Shown one piece after another: positions 36,947-48,066 of a DNA stretch of 64,000 bases. The position numbers were made by a program, and so were the translations under genes. The notes under the pieces were generated by a model, which saw only the letters and a program-made list of their open reading frames with translations, did no database searches and was not told where the DNA came from. The stretch is taken from NCBI RefSeq assembly GCF_006345805.1, contig NC_043009.1:22568001-22632000 (forward strand), in the 5' to 3' direction. Position 1 is the first letter of the stretch. The number at the start of each line of letters is the position of its first letter. Origin of the DNA: Octopus sinensis (Eukaryota).

Positions 36947-39158
36947 AGAAGCATGAAGACAGGGAAAGCCCCAGGCCCATCAGGAATTACTGCAGAGATG
37001 CTCAAAATATCTGGCAGTGTCGGCTATAACCTAGTCACCCATATAGTCAACCAGGTGATACACGAAGGAGTCATACCCAATGACTGGTGTAGCAGCATAC
37101 TAGTCAACTGCTACAAAGGTAAAGGTGATGCCCTAGATACAAATAATTACAGAGGTATCAAGCTGTTGGATCAGGTAATGAAGGTTACGGAGAGGGTCAT
37201 ATAACCCAACTAATTAGAGAGAGAGTTAGTTTAGATGAGATGCAGTTTGGGTTCGTGCCAGGGAAAAGCACCACTGATGCTATATTCCTGGTAAGGCAGC
37301 TGCAGGAGAAATACCTAGCCAAAGATAAGCCCCTGTACCTGGCTTTCGTTGACATGGAGAAAGCCTTTGACAGGGTCCCCCGATCCCTCATCTGGTGGTC
37401 AATGAGGAAACTAGGGATAGATGAATGGCTGGTGAGGGCTGTGCAAGCCATGTACAGAGATGCCGTAAGTAAGGTTAGGGTTCGCAACATGTACACAGAA
37501 GAATTCAAAGTAGAGGTTGGGGTCCACCAGGGTTCAGTACTCAGCCCCCTCCTATTTATCATAGTCCTCCAGGCAATTGTGGAGGAATTCAAGACAGGTT
37601 GCCCCCGGGAGCTCCTCTATGCTGACGACCTCGCTCTAATTGCTGAGTCACTATCAGAACTGGAGGAGAAGTTCCAGGTGTGGAAGGAGGGTTTAGAATC
37701 GAGGGGCCTTAGAGTCAACCTAGCTAAAACCAAAGTACTAATAAGTAGAAAGGTAGACAATCCACAAATGTCCTCAGGAAGATGGCCCTGCTCGATCTGT
37801 AGAAAAGGTGTAGGTAGAAACTCTATAAGATGTACCCAGTGTAAGCTATGGACACATAAGAGGTGCAGCAATGTCAAAGGTAGGCTAACTGAGAAGATAG
37901 TTTTTGTATGTGGCAGATGCTCGGGAGCATTGACCTCCGAAGATCTGCAGAAAACAACTTCCGTCACTTTCCAAGGGGAAAAATTAGAAGTAGTTGATAG
38001 CTTCCGTTATCTAGGTGACCAAGGCAGTAGTGGGGGTGGGTGCGCTGAGAGTGTAACTGCTAGAATAAGAATAGCCTGGGCAAAGTTTAGGGAGCTCTTA
38101 CCTCTGCTGGTGACTAAAGGCCTCTCGCTCAGAGTAAAGGGCAGACTGTATGATGCATGTGTACGAACTGCCATGCTACATGGCAGTGAAACATGGGCCG
38201 TGACTGCTGAGGACATGCGTAAGCTCATGAGAAATGAAGCCAGTATGCTCCGATGGATGTGTAACATCAGTGTACTTACTCGACAGAGCGTTAGTTCCTT
38301 GAGAGAAATGTTGTACCTAAGAAGCATCAGTGTGCAAGAGAGACGATTGCGCTGGTATGGTCATGTGGCGAGAATGGATGAAGATAGGTGTGTGAGAAAG
38401 TGCCAATCCCTAGCAGTTGAGGGAACCCGTGGAAGAGGTAGACCCAGGAAAACCTGGGACGAGGTGGTGAAGCACGACCTTCGAACGTTAGGTCTCACCA
38501 TGGAAATGACTAGAGACCGAGACCTATGGAAGTATGCTGTGCGTGAGAAGACCCGGCAAGACTAGTGAAGCCATAACCCATGGCCCCTACCTGGGACGTA
38601 GTCAGTCCACCTGTGCATACCTTCCTGCTTGTGATACTTGTGAAGACCTGTTGAGGCAAGTAAAAGTCAAATCGAATCAAATCAAAATAGATGAACATCA
38701 ATGGAATTTGTATCCTTGTGGTACCAGTGCCGGTGGCACATAAGAAAACCATCCGAACGGGACCGTATCCAGTACCGCATTGACTGGCCTCCGTGCTGTG
38801 GGCACGTAACAAACACCATCCGATCGTAGCAGTTCGCCAGCCTCATCTGGCACCTGTGTCGTGGCACATAAGAAAACACCGAAAACACCATCCGAGCGTG
38901 GCCGTCTGCCAGCCTCGTCTGGCACATAAAAAACACCATCCGAGCGTGACCGTCTGCCAGCCTCGTCTGGCACCTGTGTCGGTGGCACATAAAATCACCC
39001 ACTACACTCTTGGAGTGGTTGGCGTTAGGAAGGGCATCCAGGTGTAGAAACACTGCCAGATCTGACTGGCCTGGTGCAGCCTTCGGGCTTACCAGACCCC
39101 AGTTGAACCGTCCAACCCATGCTAGCATGGAAAGCGGACGTTAAACGATGATGATGAT
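36947..39158 (+). mobile_element. RTE-clade LINE, 5'-truncated, young; RT with internal PHD-like finger, repeat-rich 3' UTR
   Basis: KAPGPSGI, NYRGIKLL, QFGF, DMEKAFD, QGSVLSPLLF, YADDL, FRYLG, GRGRPRKTW. One frameshift near 37200; (GAT)n tail. Confidence 0.95.
37240..38565 (+). pseudogene. RTE ORF2 reverse transcriptase (441-aa open segment)
   Basis: ORF track; RT motifs as above. Confidence 0.9.
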
Positions 39159-39194
39159 ATATATATAAATATATATATATAAATATATAAATAT

Positions 39195-39243
<49 letters not shown>

Positions 39244-39319
39244 AATATATATATATATACATATATACATATATGTATATATATATATGTATATATATAT
39301 ATATGTATATATATTTGTA

Positions 39320-39360
<41 letters not shown>

Positions 39361-40529
39361 TTGCATACACCCAATATACATGCATATACACACACACATG
39401 CACACACATACATATATATAATATATATAGACCTACACATACGCATGTATCCACAAATCCAAACACACATATATCTATGTACACATACACACAGATTCTC
39501 CTTTCTTTCTGTCTCTTCTGTTTGTAGACATAATACTAAAGACCAAAAGACACTGAATACAAAAACTGAGATGTAATTACCAATATCTTATATCTCTCAT
39601 AGAACTGACTTTCTTCTCTTGAAAGCAACAGGAATTTGTTTTCTTTTTCTGAAATGTTACACACATACACACACACACATAACCCACCCATCCCTGAGAC
39701 ACATGTTACATACACACACACACACACACATGCACGCACACGCATACATGTACAAATTCTTCGCTTCATGTTTTTCTCTCCACAAACATTTTTGAATACC
39801 AAGCTTCTAAGACAAAAAAAAGAGATAAATAAAATATAATAAAAAAGTGTGCTAGATTAGACATTAACCCATTAACCCCCAGAGATCTGATTACATTGGA
39901 TTGATATGGTTTAATGGACCTATGCTATATATACACACACGTGCGCACGTGGTTGTAGGCGAGTGGCAGGAACAGGGAGAAGGCATTTATCTTCGGAGTG
40001 ACAGAATAACCTGGTGTAGAATGCAAGATGAACTCAATGCCCTCTGTGTGGTCGCCTGCCTCAATTTTGGAGATCTTTTTCTCGTTATTTCATATTGTTA
40101 TCGCTATTTATTATTATCGATATCTCATAAGTGCAGGCATGGTTGATTGGTTAAGAATTTCGCTTTGCAATCACATTGGTTTCGGGTGGCAGCTTGGAAA
40201 AAAAACATCTACGTGGCCATATGGTAAGAAGTTTGCTTCCAAACCATATGGTTCTGAGTTCTGTTCCACTGCATGGCACCTTGGGCAAGTGTCTTCTACA
40301 AAAGCTTTGTGAGTGGATTTGGTAGATGGAAACTGAAAGAAGCCTGTCATATATATTTGTGTGTGTACCTTTGTCGCTGGCGTTTGCCCCCCCCCACTGC
40401 TTCACAACTGATATTTGTTTGTTTACATCCCCATAACTTAGTGATTTAGCAAAAAAAGACTGATATTATTATTATTAGTGTGGTGAGTTTATTTATTATT
40501 ATTATTATTATTATTATCATTATTATTAA

Positions 40530-40741
40530 GGCAGTAAGCTGGCGGAACCATTAGCACGCCAGGCCAAATGCTTTGCAGTATTTCATCTCTCTTCATGTTC
40601 TGAGGTCAAATTCTGCTGAGGTCGACTTTACCCTTTCATCCTTTCGGGGCCGATAAAGTAAGTACCGGTAAAATACTGAGGTCAATGTAATTGACAAGTC
40701 CCCTCCCACCAAATTTCAGGCCTTGTGCCTTTAGTAGATAG

Positions 40742-40776
<35 letters not shown>

Positions 40777-40990
40777 GGTGGCAATCTGGCAGAATTTTTA
40801 GTACGCTGGATGAAATGCTCAGTGGTATTTCATCTGTTGCTACATTCTTCGTTCAAATTCTACCAAGGTCGATTTTGCCTTTCATCCTTTTGGGGTTGAT
40901 TAAATAAGTACCAGTTACGTACTTAGGTCGATGTAATCGGCTTAATCCCTTTCCCCAGGGATTTGAGGCCTTTTGCTTCCAGTAGAAAGA
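40530..40990 (+). mobile_element. Two tandem SINE B copies (40530-40742, 40777-40990) separated and flanked by (ATT)n
   Basis: Both have the family B head, Meta-like domain and ..ggccttgtgcct..agtaga tail. Confidence 0.85.
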
Positions 40991-41234
40991 ATTATTATTA
41001 TTATTATTATTATTCCTTCCAACGCGGATGGACGTGTGTACGGAAGCTCCGTGATTTTTGTGACAATTTCATTGGAAATTTGTTTGTAAGTTGTAATATT
41101 TTTTAATATTTGTGTGGCCAAGCCGACTAACTTCGTACGAAGCTGGTTGGCTAGGCAAAATTTTGCCCCATTGGGGGTGAAATTGCATTTTGAACTTTTG
41201 AACTTTGTCAAAATAACAAACTTTTAAACAAAAA

Positions 41235-43046
41235 ATGGCTATGAAGCGAGCAGTTAGCTGTTCCTTCCTTCCAAATACATTCCCTCCGCAAACACACACG
41301 TTATCACCAAAAAAACACCTACTTCGCGCCGTAAAAGGCAACAGAGCTCCTCCTTCCGAAACGGAAAGCACGCGCGCCGTTCGAAAAGAGAATGCTAACC
41401 AGGACGTCGCATTCGACGTCACTCCCGATTTCCCCCCTATTCCTTCAACATGTGATGTTGTACCGAAGGGGAAGGAAAGGAAAGTTATAACAGACACAAA
41501 CACAAACAGGAACACAGAGAAAAATGTAAAAATTTCCAACGATTTTGCTTCTGCTGCGAAGCAAATTTCGGAGGAAGTAAAAATTACATTACAAGACATT
41601 AAAAAAGCAAAGGAGTTGTTGAGGAAGGATGGCAACAGCATCTTCCTCAATACTCCACAAGATGTAATTGATAACACCAACAGGTAAACAATTACATACA
41701 GAGTTTTCGATAGAAAACTGAAAAAAATGACAAACGCCACACCCCAACAGTTAGAGATAGCTCTAAAGCCCATTTGGGCCCAAAAGAGCTACGTAACCAA
41801 GGGGAAGCGTTTCGGAACCGTGGAGGTTTGCTTCCCAACAGAGGAGCAAGCAAGGGCGAACACCATTTCGCCCTTGCAAACTGAGAGTTTGTTACTCGTC
41901 CCGACCCACCTCGGGCGAAGAGTGACAAAAATAAAGATTGACCTTGCCCCTCCTGAACTAGATATGTCATGGCTGGTGGCAGCTGTCCTCTATGATATAG
42001 AGGACACTACCACCATTCTGGATGTCAGGAGAGTGAGGGAGAAAAACTGGTTGGGGATGGGAGTGCTGCTTCTTGCTCAAATTCAGCAAGAAAATATCAG
42101 CAAGGTCCCAGATTTCGTTAGTTTGCCGGACGGCACCAGGCTAAACATTGCTGTAGAGGGGCGAAAGCCAAAATGTTTCCTCTGCAGCAGCGAAAGCCAC
42201 TTAAAGAGGGACTGCCCCATTCAAAAAAAGAGAATGGAGGCTTACAGCAAGAGGCAGCAACAACAACAACAACAACAACAGAAACAACAACAACAGAAAC
42301 AACACGAAACACCAAAAGCTGCCACACCACCAACACCATCACCAGCACCAAGACGAACAACACCACCTCCAACAACAACAACCACCACCAAACCAACACC
42401 AGTACCTAGAAAGTCGACAGCAGCACCATCAACAGCAACAGGAGCAGCGGCACCACCGATACCGGCGGAACCAACAACCTTTCGTCCTGCTGCTGAAGCA
42501 GACCCCTCAACCATTCCTTTGCCGGATGAAGAGTACTTGGATTGTGCGAGCTCTGATTCCAACAAAGGAGAATGGAGCACAGTGCCTCCAAAAAAGAAAA
42601 GGAGGAGAAAACAAAAAGATATACAGGGGAAGCACGAACAAATAGTGCTTCCAAACATCAACAACAACATCAACGACAACACACATTCACAACAACAAAC
42701 AACAACACTTTCGACACCACTACTGCCACTGCCACTGCCACAGACACAAACAAACACAGACACAATTACAGCAATAAATACAAAAAACCAAGAACTGGTT
42801 GAGTATTTGAAAGACAAAACAAGCACAAATATAACAGATTTCGTTATACCAACAAAAAACACACCACCAGCACACATTCTCACAATAAAAATAAACAAAA
42901 CAATATATAATGAAATCAAACAAAATTTCCCTAACGATGTGGGATCGTTAGGGAAAAGTTTCTCTAAGAAACTATATAAAAATATTGTGGAAGAACCCGT
43001 GCAAAAGCACAAGGGAGCCACCCCTACCACCAACAACAGCAAGTAG
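41235..43046 (+). pseudogene. Tx1 ORF1 (gag-like, CCHC zinc knuckle) with one in-frame stop at 41685-87
   Basis: ORFs 41235-41687 and 41727-43046 share a frame; CFLCSSESHLKRDC knuckle, polyQ/Pro-Thr linker, PPKKKRRRK basic patch. Confidence 0.85.
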
Positions 43047-43084
43047 AGCCTTTTTTCTCCTTTTTTTTTCCTAACTTTTGAAAC

Positions 43085-46000
43085 ATGGCAAATCTTAGAA
43101 TCGGTTGCCTGAATGTGAGAGGCCTTGGGTCACCTTGGAAACAGGGTCACCTGTTAAACGACCTGAGTTTTCATGATGTGGATGTAGCAGCCATCAGTGA
43201 AACCAGGCTCTCCGACCCGCAGGAACTCGCAGCCCTTTTCGGCGGATACGAGATATTTCTATCTCCGTGTCGGCCGGGAGCGGGCGGTGGTGGTACTGCG
43301 ATGTTGTTTCGGAAGGGCCTGGACCTGAAAATAAGGACAGTCTTCTTGGATCCGGAAGGTAAGTTGGTGGTCCTCGACGTCGACAGTAGTGACGGCGGTG
43401 CTTTCAGACTGCTGGCTGCCTACGCTCCGACAGGAGCAGGGCAGTCGGATTATTTCAAACGTCTGGAAGTTTTCCTGGGAATGTCACGCACTCTAGTGCT
43501 AGTTGGGGATTGGAACGCTGTCTTAGACGAACGTTTCGATCGGGTGGGCAGGGGAGCGTCTGATAGGAGAGGGGGAGGGTGCAAGAGCCTCGCCAACCTA
43601 CTCGGCCGCTTTCAGCTGTCCAACAGGTTTCGACTAGACAACCCGAATGTGCCAATGTGGACTTGGACCAACCGCATCGGGTCGTCTAGATCGTACTTAG
43701 ATAGAGTGTTTTGTAGGCCAGCGGATAAGGACAGCGTAGGGTGTCCACAATTCCACCTAGTCGAATATACGGACCACAAATTAGTGATCTGTACGGTCGA
43801 CTTAGATAGGCTACATAGACAGGGACCCGGCTACTGGAAGCTGAACGCGTCATTAACGGCGTGCAAAGCTTACAGAGACCGGATTAGTTTACTAGTTAAG
43901 CGGGCGCTCACGGGGGCAATCATCAACAACAACTGGTGGTTTGCCCTCAAGAGAGCAATTAAAGTAGAGTCGATTAGGTATATTAAGACTCTAGCTATTG
44001 AACATAGGAAGAGAGAGTGGGATTTAGTTAAGAAACTAGACGAGGCTCTTGACACTGGCATCGCGACCGACGTGTTGGCGGCAAGGTTGGCCCTCGACCA
44101 ACATTTCGACGCCAAACACGAAGGCTGCGTTGTCAGAGCTAAGGCACGTTCGCTAAGCGGGGAGGGGACTAGAGCCACTCGATGGGCCCGCGTGGCAGAG
44201 GCGAAGTGAGGCAACAAAGCAACCATTCGGTCTTTGGTGGACCAGAACGGGCGCGAGGTTACCGAACCGAAGCAGATGTGTACGGTGCTTCAGCGGCACT
44301 TTGCTCAACTGTTTGGGACGAGCGGTGGAACGGACAACGGTGCAGACTTCGGTGTGTACCTGGACGGCCTACCGCAACTCTCGGACAGCGAGGCAGAGTG
44401 CTGCGAAGGACCGATATCTGCCTGGGAAGTACAGGAAGCGATGAAGAGTTGCACGAGAGGTAGATCACCAGGTTTGGATGGTCTGCCCTACGAGCTTTAC
44501 TTTTCAATGCCTGACTTGTTTGCGGGCCTGTTGGCAAATGTCTACTGCAACTGGCAGCAAAACGGGAGAATTCCTGCTTTTGTCTGTCGAGGGGTGGTGG
44601 CTTTGCTGAAGAAGGACCCAAACAAGGGGGACATTATAGGCAATTTCCGGCCCATCACTCTGCTCAATGCAGAGTTGAAGATTTTGGCCAAGGTGCCAGC
44701 CAAGAGATTGGCGCTTGTAGTGTACAAGCTGGTCGGCAAGACGCAGACATGCGCCGTGCTGACCAGGTCGATACACGACAACCTCCATCTCATGTGCTAC
44801 ATCATAGAGAGGGTGGGTAACGACGCTGGTGCGGGTAGGGCTTTGATCAACTTGGATCAGAGTAAAGCCTTCGATAGGGTCGACCATCGGTACCTGGCAG
44901 CTGTCCTCAAGGCAGCCGGCTTCGGTCCAGTCTTCCGCGGGTGGATAGCTGCTTTATACAGCAACATCTGGTCGGTGATACGGGTGAACGGCCACCTTTC
45001 GGAACCATTCGACATCTCGCGTTCGGTCCGCCAAGGATGCCCTCTCTCCTCCCTCTTGTACATTTTGACTCTCGAGCCATTACTGCGCAAGTTGGAGGCT
45101 TTGAGGGGTATCCCGCGCGATCTAGGAGGCGGAAACAGCGTGTCTGCTTATGCCGACAACGTCACCATGGTGGTGTCGAGCCACAGGCACATTGGCCTGA
45201 TTGGCGAGACACTAAACCAGTACGAAGCGGTGACAGGGGCAAAGATTAACGCGGAAAAGTCTGTGGGCTTGCAACTGGGCACCTGGAGAGGCAAGCCCAT
45301 GCCGTCCAACAGCGTCGTAGGGCGCTGGACAGACGGACCCGTTAAACTGCTCGGGGTCTGGTTCGGTCCGGACCTCCAGGTGGATAAGAACTGGGAAGAG
45401 GTGACGAGCAGGGTGGCACGTCTCACCCAGAAATGGGCCGAGAGGAAGCTGTCCCTGAAAGGTCGAGCAGAGGTGGTGAATGCGTACATCGCATCCGTCA
45501 TCTATTACCGCTTGACCGTCGTCCCTTGTCCCGACCGCTGGTTGGCCAAGCTGGTACGCCTGCTCTTCGACTTTTTGTGGAAGGGTCAGGTGCCACTGGT
45601 CAGGCGATCCATCTGCTGTCAACGACCGCTGAACGGAGGCCTTGGAATGCCGTGGTTGCTGTTGCGCAGACATGCGCTCAGGCTGCGGCATCTCAAGCGC
45701 TTCCTAGACGGTGAACAGGTGTGGTCGTCTTTTGTCAGACGCGATTTTCCGCAGCTTGTCTCTTTGACGGAGCTGCAGACCTGGATCAAACGTAGACCGA
45801 GAAAGGGCGCTTGGCACCTCAAGTGCCGTCAAGCCCTCTCCGCCCTCCGTCAGGTGGGCAATGCGATCGGTTACAGCTCCACTCTAGCGTTCTATAGAGG
45901 GTTAGTGGAGGAAAAATGCGACGACGTTCTCGAGGAAACTCTAGGCGTTGAAGACGACGAACTGAGCGGTCTGTTCGGGAGGACTTTCGGGCTGGGGCCG

Positions 46001-46560
46001 ATGGATAATTTCCAGAGGTCGCTCGCCTGGCAGTGCTACGAGGGGCACTGCCTGTTCGAGATAAACTCTACCGGCACGGAAGTGCCGTCAGCCGGACCTG
46101 CCCGAGGTGTTGCCAGGACGACGAAACCGTTCTGCACGCACTCGTCCAGTGCCCGAGTATTGCTGAAATATGGGTTTATGTCGAACAGCTACTGTCACGT
46201 GTAGGACGGATCCGACTATCGGCCGAATCCATAGTGAAGATTGCCCCGCCGACCTCCTTTAACAAGGAGGGCGAGGCCGTTTTCTTATGCCTAGTGGCTG
46301 TGGCGAAAGAAGTTGTGTGGTGGACTCGTTTGAAAGGGCTAAAGTCAGACACTTTCCTCTTTGGTCAAGGCCTTATCAACTTTTTCAAGTTTCACTTGAA
46401 AAGGAAGATGAGGTTAGAGAGGAAAGTGCTGTCCAATAGCAAGTTTTATGAAAGGTGGGTGAATTGTGCGAGACTGGCCAGTATAAATGGACCAGTTCTC
46501 AGGTTTCGTCTGTTATTTCAAGAAGGTAATACGAAAGGAGAAAAACGGGACTCTCTACAC
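43085..46560 (+). pseudogene. Tx1 ORF2 (APE endonuclease + RT + zinc-binding domain), inactivated
   Basis: LNVRG, SET, GDWN, YLDR, TDH, GYWKLN; SPGLDG, FRPITLLN, KAFDRV, QGCPLS, YADN (YADD mutated). In-frame TGA at 44207-09, frameshift near 46040, then CPRC..ETVLHALVQC. Confidence 0.92.
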
Positions 46561-47147
46561 CCCTTTTTTGACCAGGCTCCCGTTGGCTTTTGTAGGGTTT
46601 TTTCCACCAGGAACCTTTCGAAACGTCTCCCCCTTTTGGGAATTTTTCATTGTTGAATTTTTCAAATTGTTATAAAGATTTTTACTCGATGTTTTTAAAA
46701 AACGGACAAAACCCTTTGTAACCTTTCATCCTGTCTTGTCCCTTTATGTAATCATGCATGTCAGCCCTTGTGGCCAATAAAAAAGAATTGATTATTATTA
46801 TTATTATTACTGGTGATGTTGTTTTTGACGTTATTGTTAACCTTTACTGCCAACACCACCAGCATCACCAATCACATGAGCATCATCATCATCATCATCA
46901 GTATTATTTCTGTTAGCTGAAATCAAAGAATTTGTCTTCATTAGCTTCTAAGTTGGAAATGCAATTGGAGAAGAAGTCATCTCACCATGCCAGTTGCTAA
47001 AGCAAGCAATATTCTTAGAAGACTCTGGAAGTTCAAATGGTGTAAAGTAGCAAAACACCAGAACCAAAATCATTGAAGAACACTCTGGAAAACCAATCTT
47101 AAAAATCAAAGCAAGAGAATTGTCGATGATCTTTCAGAAGCTGATGA

Positions 47148-47381
47148 TTAACTCTTTTGATGCCATCCTACCTGAGACCGCCTGTAGTTCAATGATACAA
47201 GTTCCCTGTTTTAAAGTGATCTAAAGTAAAAACCATCCATCAGAATTCCATGTTAATTTATATTCCAAACATTGGCTCAATAACAACAAAAAGTCATTTT
47301 AATAAATTCTTCATTATACTTGAAATTAATTGTAACTAAAGCTGTGCGTTTCAATAGAAAGATGGTAACAAAACAGTTGAA
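47148..47381. mobile_element. Second TTAA-type MITE family
   Basis: ttaactcttttgatgcca ... tggtaacaaaacagttgaa; related remnants near 5935-6430 and 22830-22902. Confidence 0.55.
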
Positions 47382-47654
47382 TTACTTTTTACATGTCTCC
47401 CTCATTGACCTGTAACCATGCTGGGGCACTACTTTGAAGCGTTTCGTTAAACAAATCACCCCCCCCCCCCGTTCACCACCACACCAATACCAATACTTGT
47501 CTGCATTAAGTCTGGTACTTATTCTATCAATCTCTTTTGCCGAACCACTAACTTATGTGGAGATAAACAAACCAGTATTTGTCAAATAGTGGGTAAGGAC
47601 AAACACGTATCTCAGTATAGGAAGATGATGATGATGAAAGATATATTGTTGGCA

Positions 47655-48030
47655 TCCTTTTGTCTCGGGACACAATTGAGTTGCACATGAACTAATACAG
47701 TCTGTTTTTACATTCCATGTCCTCTCCAGTTCTGCACAGGCCTGGGCTAGATGTAAGAAAATCCTGGGTAGCCCAATCGTTAGGAGTCCTCTCTCGACCT
47801 TGCTGACGTTTGGCACCAGCTTGGTTGCAGGAGCTGCTGGAAGAGTGTTGAGTTGAACACTAAACCGCCTACGGGGCCCCACTCCGGATTTCTTTGATGG
47901 TTGTCTCCTTTCCGTAACCCTGGATAGGACCATACCGCGTATTGTCAGCTGGAGCCACCTGAACCTGGGACTTGCGTCAGGCAGGGTCGTCACTCCCTGA
48001 AGTAGTGAAGAAAATTGCTACCCACAACCT
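47655..48030 (+). mobile_element. GC-rich element resembling an RTE 5' UTR / RTE-derived non-autonomous element
   Basis: Motifs ctctcgaccttgctga, accagcttgg.tgcaggag.tgc.ggaag and aaccgcct..ggg..ccactccggattt recall RTE 5' UTRs (from memory, not searched). Confidence 0.45.
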
Positions 48031-48066
48031 ATGATATATATATATACACACACATATATATATATA

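Larger units (their letters stand above)
41015..46790 (+). mobile_element. Near full-length Tx1/L1-clade LINE inserted in an (ATT)n tract
   Basis: 5' UTR, ORF1 with CCHC knuckle, ORF2 with APE, RT and C-terminal CxxC..H..C; aataaa near the 3' end; ATT repeats on both sides; CpG-rich, consistent with a young insertion. Confidence 0.95.

Noticed and set aside
42242-45822. Antisense ORFs overlapping the Tx1 element
   Set aside because: Expected shadows of a GC-rich or strand-skewed coding sequence; no independent motifs.
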